From positions 183,113 through 247,112 of the IMG/VR virus record IMGVR_UViG_3300035703_000006: 64,000 bases of DNA. One strand, 5' to 3'. Made by a program: the position numbers and the translations under genes. The notes beneath the pieces were generated by a model. It saw only the letters and a program-made list of their open reading frames with translations, was not told the origin of the DNA and made no database searches. Below, piece after piece: positions 59,997 through 64,000 of the stretch. Position 1 is the first letter of the stretch, and each line of letters begins with the position of its first letter.

Positions 59997-60053
59997 GGAC
60001 ACTTTTTTGAGTGTCCATTGTCACTTGCTTCAGCACCCTAAAGGTGCTATGAT
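59997..60053 (+). promoter_or_regulatory. Palindrome + -10 early promoter
   Basis: GGACACTT-N4-GAGTGTCC, TGCTATGAT. Confidence 0.7.
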
Positions 60054-60894
60054 TAAAAAGTAAATCAATCAGGTTATGCCCGAAACTTACACATTTACAA
60101 GTGATGCCATTACCATTATCGGTTTGGTTGGTGTTATCAGCACTGCTTTCATTATTCTCTCTGTTTTTCGTTCTTACTGGTCTAGTCCTTATCGCAAATG
60201 AATTATACAAAAACTCTCACTGAGTACGAAAAAGAACTCAAAGAAGCAAAGAAAAAGTTTGATAAACTCTCCAAGCAATATAAAAAGTGCAGGAGTGCTT
60301 ATCAAGCAGAAATGATGTATGATGACCTCACAATTCTCAATGAAGACATTTCAGAACTTCAAATGATTGTGAAGGAACTGCGACAACAAAAGAAACTTGC
60401 AGAAATTGATGTTTATTGATTATGACTGACCTTTATACTGAAATCCTGAAGTGCGAGCAAATGCCAAAATCTCTTGATGAGTTTATCACTGAAATTGTTG
60501 ATGACCCAACAACTAGAGATAATTTTCTTGAAGAGTTTGTTGATGAATTGATTGATTCAATGGACCCAAAAGATATTGTCCGTGCTTATGCAGACAATCT
60601 CCTTCAGGATTTGTATAGGAAATGTGATGAGAATGAAGAGGAATACATTGTTCAAGAGTGTGCCGAGTATTTCCCTTATGTTCTCCAACGATTTGGAGTT
60701 GAAGTAGAGGAAAATGCTTAAACTTGATAACTACAACTATTGTAGAAAGAACTTTGAAGTTCTTGAACTTGTCTGCACTCAAGGAATGAAACATTACAAT
60801 CATCTTTTGAGTGTTGTGGATAATAAAGTTGATGAGTTCTATTATCAGGAACACTTCAACGAATATAAGTGGTATGATGTTTGATTGTACCTTG

Positions 60895-60951
60895 TGCCAC
60901 TAATTCTTCTGGCACATAACACTTTACAGACCAGAGCACATCTGCTATGAT
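60895..60951 (+). promoter_or_regulatory. Palindrome + -10 early promoter
   Basis: TGCCACTA-N4-TTCTGGCA, TGCTATGAT. Confidence 0.68.
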
Positions 60952-61780
60952 GTATTCATCAAGTCAAGGGAGGTTTCAAGATGATTGACACTTGTGTTCT
61001 TCACGATGATTACGAGGACTTTGCTGAAAAGTATCTCGGTATTGATTATGATGACTATGTGACTTTTGAACTTGGTCTTCCTGATGAAGATGAACTTGAA
61101 ATTGAATATCCTGTAGGTATTTGATTTCAAAAGGAATGGGTTTGCCTCAAAGTTACCCACTTTTACTCACTTGACTTTTTATTAAATGTCTGCTAAACTG
61201 ATTGCTCTTGCTGCTGAAATTGTTGATATCAACCCTGCTGGTGCTCAACTGATTGTCAATCTGACTAAGGCAGAAACTGGTGCTGAGATTGTAGAAGCAC
61301 TGGATAATTATGATTCTGTAGTTCTTGAGTATCATACTGAATCTGTTGAAACTGAGGGTGAAGTAACTCTCACCGATGCAGATGGTGTTGTAACTTCTGT
61401 TTGATTTTTACTCTTTAATTTCATAACCAACTAATTTTATTATGGCACGTCGTTCTAAATCTGCATCTCGTCAAATGGTTGAATCTCTCAAAGACCAACT
61501 CACAGAGTATTTCCGTGAAAATGTTTTTGATGATTATGACTATGAAGATTTGACGGGTTCCGAACTCTTTGAAGCACTTATTGAAACATTCAAAGAACTT
61601 GAGAATGAACTCAAAGAAGAACTGAAACCAATTCAGTATGTGCTAAATAAACTTGACCCAGAGGATACTGAACCTCAAGTTCTCAACGGGTGATTCTTAT
61701 GGGCATCAAAGGTCCAAACTTTGAGTAAGTCCCACCCCCTCCATGCCTCTTTACAATGCACAAACAGGAGGGTCTCTTAT

Positions 61781-61853
61781 GGGGCAGCAGCATGACGGAT
61801 CATGCACCATCCTTCTAAGATGTAAGATGGGGGTTCAAATCCCTCCTGCCCTG
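61781..61853 (+). tRNA. tRNA-Arg(TCT)
   Basis: GGGGCAG/CTGCCCT; CATC-CTTCTAA-GATG. Confidence 0.88.
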
Positions 61854-61900
61854 TTTAATAGTCTATTTATATAAATAATAATAAATATCCATTGAACTAT

Positions 61901-62473
61901 ATGGACAAACAAAAATTAATAGAGTATGTTGAGATGGGAATGTCAACTACTCAAATATCTAAGTTGGAAAACAAAGGGAAAACAACTATTAGATATTGGT
62001 TAGATAAGTATGGCCTGAAAACAAAAAACAAATCTTTTAAAGAAGGATATGTAGAAAATCCTATTTTAAGAATAAATGGAACCCCAATTCAGTCTTGTGC
62101 TAAGTGTGGAATTTCACTAAATGAAGATACTGGATATTGGAGAGAAAGTAAAAAAGTTTGGCAAGCAAATTGCAAAAAGTGTCAAAATAAGTACTCTGTT
62201 AAAAGATGGCAAAATAATAAAAAAAGAGCAGTTGATTATAAAGGTGGAAAGTGTGAGAGGTGTGGATATAATAAATGTATTGATGCATTAGAGTTCCATC
62301 ATATTGACCCATTAGAAAAAGATAAAAATTTTGGAAACATAAAAATTAGAAAATGGGAAGACCAGAAAAAAGAACTTGATAAATGCATATGTGTTTGTGC
62401 TAATTGCCACAGAGAAATTCATTCAGAAATAAGAAATGCCACTTCAAAAACTGGCACACTTGACTCCCAATAA
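61901..62473 (+). CDS. HNH endonuclease with N-terminal HTH
   Basis: S..QI......TTIRYWL.KYGL; YKGGKCERCGYNKC..ALEFHH.DP..KC.CVCANCHREIH; TATAAATA at 61870. Confidence 0.88.
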   Translation: MDKQKLIEYVEMGMSTTQISKLENKGKTTIRYWLDKYGLKTKNKSFKEGYVENPILRINGTPIQSCAKCGISLNEDTGYWRESKKVWQANCKKCQNKYSVKRWQNNKKRAVDYKGGKCERCGYNKCIDALEFHHIDPLEKDKNFGNIKIRKWEDQKKELDKCICVCANCHREIHSEIRNATSKTGTLDSQ

Positions 62474-62493
62474 ACCCCAAAATGTCCTATAAT
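62437..62493 (+). promoter_or_regulatory. Palindrome + -10 early promoter overlapping the HNH 3' end
   Basis: TGCCACTT-N4-AACTGGCA, TATAAT at +39. Confidence 0.7.
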
Positions 62494-62513
62494 GAAGACA
62501 AGAACAAAAACCA

Positions 62514-63284
62514 ATGAAACTCAAAGTTCTCAGTGATTTGCATCTAGAACATTTTTGTGCAAATCAAATCTATCCAGTCGGAGAAGGTGATGTTCTAGTT
62601 CTTGCTGGTGACATTCTTAATGCCAAGCATTTCAAAACTGATGGATACATTCACGAGGTCTATGATAGGTTCCTGAGTGATTGTAGCAAGAACTATGACA
62701 AAGTTCTTTATGTATTTGGAAATCACGAATACTATGGATACAATTATGAAGGTGCAAAGAGGAAAATAAAAGAGAATCTTCCTGATAATTTTCAAATCCT
62801 TGACAATGACACAGTTAAGATTGGAGACTGGGACTTTATAGGTTTCACTCTCTGGACAGACTTTAGAGATGAAAATGCTCTAGAGATGATGGAAGCAGCA
62901 CAGGTGATGAATGACTACAAGGTTATTCGTATCACTCCAAAGTATCGGAAACTGAATCCAACAGATACTCTCAACTTCCATAAGGATAGTAAGAAGTATC
63001 TGCTGAATCAACTACAAACACTGAATGAAAACGTATTTGTCATCAGTCATCACGCACCGAGTTATCAGTCGATTCCGCAGGAATACAAAAAGAATGCAAA
63101 TGGTGCTTATTGTAGTAATCTTGATACTCTTATTCTAAATCATCCACAAATCAAATACTGGGTTCACGGACACACTCATACTGCCTTTGATTATATGATT
63201 GAAGATTGTAGAGTTATCTGCAATCCTGGTGGTTATCCTGGTCAAAATACTGGATGCAATCCAGATTTATTTTTTGACATCTAG
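62514..63284 (+). CDS. Calcineurin-like metallophosphoesterase
   Basis: SDLH, LAGDI, GNHE, SHHAP, HGHTH, NP.GY. Confidence 0.9.
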   Translation: MKLKVLSDLHLEHFCANQIYPVGEGDVLVLAGDILNAKHFKTDGYIHEVYDRFLSDCSKNYDKVLYVFGNHEYYGYNYEGAKRKIKENLPDNFQILDNDTVKIGDWDFIGFTLWTDFRDENALEMMEAAQVMNDYKVIRITPKYRKLNPTDTLNFHKDSKKYLLNQLQTLNENVFVISHHAPSYQSIPQEYKKNANGAYCSNLDTLILNHPQIKYWVHGHTHTAFDYMIEDCRVICNPGGYPGQNTGCNPDLFFDI

Positions 63285-63333
63285 ATATAAGGGGAGTTAG
63301 AATCTCCCCACTTACCAAACACGCAATAGGTCG

Positions 63334-63810
63334 ATGGACTACTTACAAATTGAACCAAATCAAACTATACTTGTACTCAATGCATCTTACGAACCAATCA
63401 ACTTTACAAATTGGAAAAGAGCTATTGTACTGCTTATGAAAAATAAAGCACAAGCACTTGGTAAAAGAGTCATTCGTTTGGTCAATTATATTAAGTTGCC
63501 CTACGAGAAACTTATGCAAAATAAACCATCAAGATCAATGATATACAAACGTGATGGTCATAAATGTCAGTATTGTGGTTCTACAAAGAATCTAACTATT
63601 GATCACATTATTCCACGTTCCCGTGGTGGTGAAGATACTTGGGAAAACTTGGTTGTTGCTTGTATGCCATGCAATACTAGAAAGAGTGACAAACTTCTTG
63701 AAGATACCAACTTAACTCTTCATACCATTCCAAGAAAACCAATCAACAAAATGCTTTTTACTTTAGATAGAGCAAATGTTGAAGAGTGGAATGAGTATTC
63801 TTATAGTTGA
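63334..63810 (+). CDS. HNH endonuclease (McrA-like)
   Basis: LVLNASYEP..RD...CQYCG..LTIDHIIPRSRGG..TWENLVVAC..CN..K. Confidence 0.9.
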   Translation: MDYLQIEPNQTILVLNASYEPINFTNWKRAIVLLMKNKAQALGKRVIRLVNYIKLPYEKLMQNKPSRSMIYKRDGHKCQYCGSTKNLTIDHIIPRSRGGEDTWENLVVACMPCNTRKSDKLLEDTNLTLHTIPRKPINKMLFTLDRANVEEWNEYSYS

Positions 63811-63812
63811 TG

Positions 63813-63869
63813 TGACACTTGTGAAAGTGTCCATAACACCTCTCCAAACCACTGGGGAGGTGTTATACT
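63813..63869 (+). promoter_or_regulatory. Palindrome + -10 early promoter
   Basis: TGACACTT-N4-AAGTGTCC, TGTTATACT. Confidence 0.7.
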
Positions 63870-63893
63870 ATGCTCATCAAGCAAAGGGGAGGT

Positions 63894-64000
63894 ATGACAC
63901 CGAATTGGCAGCACAATTCAGGAAAACGTAAAAACACCAAAGGTTCCTGTAAGGGGAAACTCAAAGCAAGAAAACAAGCACTTCAACACATCAAACGCAA
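63894..64000 (+). CDS. Basic hypothetical protein, 3'-truncated by the window
   Basis: GGAGG RBS; MTPNWQHNSGK.. Confidence 0.6.
   Translation, partial: MTPNWQHNSGKRKNTKGSCKGKLKARKQALQHIKR

Larger units (their letters stand above)
45955..61693 (+). other. Dense array of roughly 60 small early hypothetical genes, many starting ATGACT and overlapping the previous TGA
   Basis: Contiguous + strand ORFs of 35-240 aa, e.g. 46708, 46919, 47298, 47528, 47719, 47994, 48727, 49008, 49444, 50506, 51002-59000, 59235, 59492, 60198, 60422, 60981, 61186, 61442. Confidence 0.75.

Noticed and set aside
1-64000. Stop-codon reassignment, as in some tRNA-rich phages
   Set aside because: Genes are intact under the standard code, no suppressor anticodon was found, TAG ends the metallophosphoesterase, and the single in-frame TAA at 50250 is isolated

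Overview
This window is part of a large, AT-rich T4-like cyanophage (cyanomyovirus) genome, probably freshwater. The assignment rests on the cobS/VWA pair, TATAAATA late promoters, a cyanobacterial-type tmRNA tag and a CurT/CAAD gene. Almost everything is on the + strand. In order: (1) 1-24.6 kb, a 5'-truncated collagen-like (Gly-Thr-Gln/Gly-Thr-Thr) fibre with a C-terminal intramolecular chaperone, three RCC1-repeat proteins, and an island of glycosyl-, sulfo- and methyltransferases and 2OG-Fe(II) oxygenases. (2) 24.7-32.4 kb, a candidate sRNA, a metallopeptidase-VWA plus CobS AAA+ pair, and small early genes. (3) 32.4-41.2 kb, late genes with T4 internal-protein-like capsid-targeting sequences, three tRNAs, an HNH nuclease, a PD-(D/E)XK-like gene fused operonically to a Dam-type methylase, and an Hc1-like protein. 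(4) 41.5-45.5 kb, a tRNA array, a pseudoknotted ncRNA, an HNH-like gene and a circularly permuted two-piece tmRNA. The window holds 29 tRNAs covering all 20 amino acids, plus one tRNA-like RNA. (5) 45.5-64 kb, a dense array of small early genes driven by a repeated palindrome-plus--10 promoter, a GIY-YIG gene with a premature stop, CurT, tRNA-Arg plus HNH, a metallophosphoesterase and another HNH. The most unusual elements are the RNAs (permuted tmRNA with a GGCAGUA T-loop and a tag ending in LV, a UAU tRNA with a Ser-like body, A34 tRNAs, a His-like tRNA mimic) and the modular capsid-packaged protein set. All calls are by-eye motif recognition; no searches were run.
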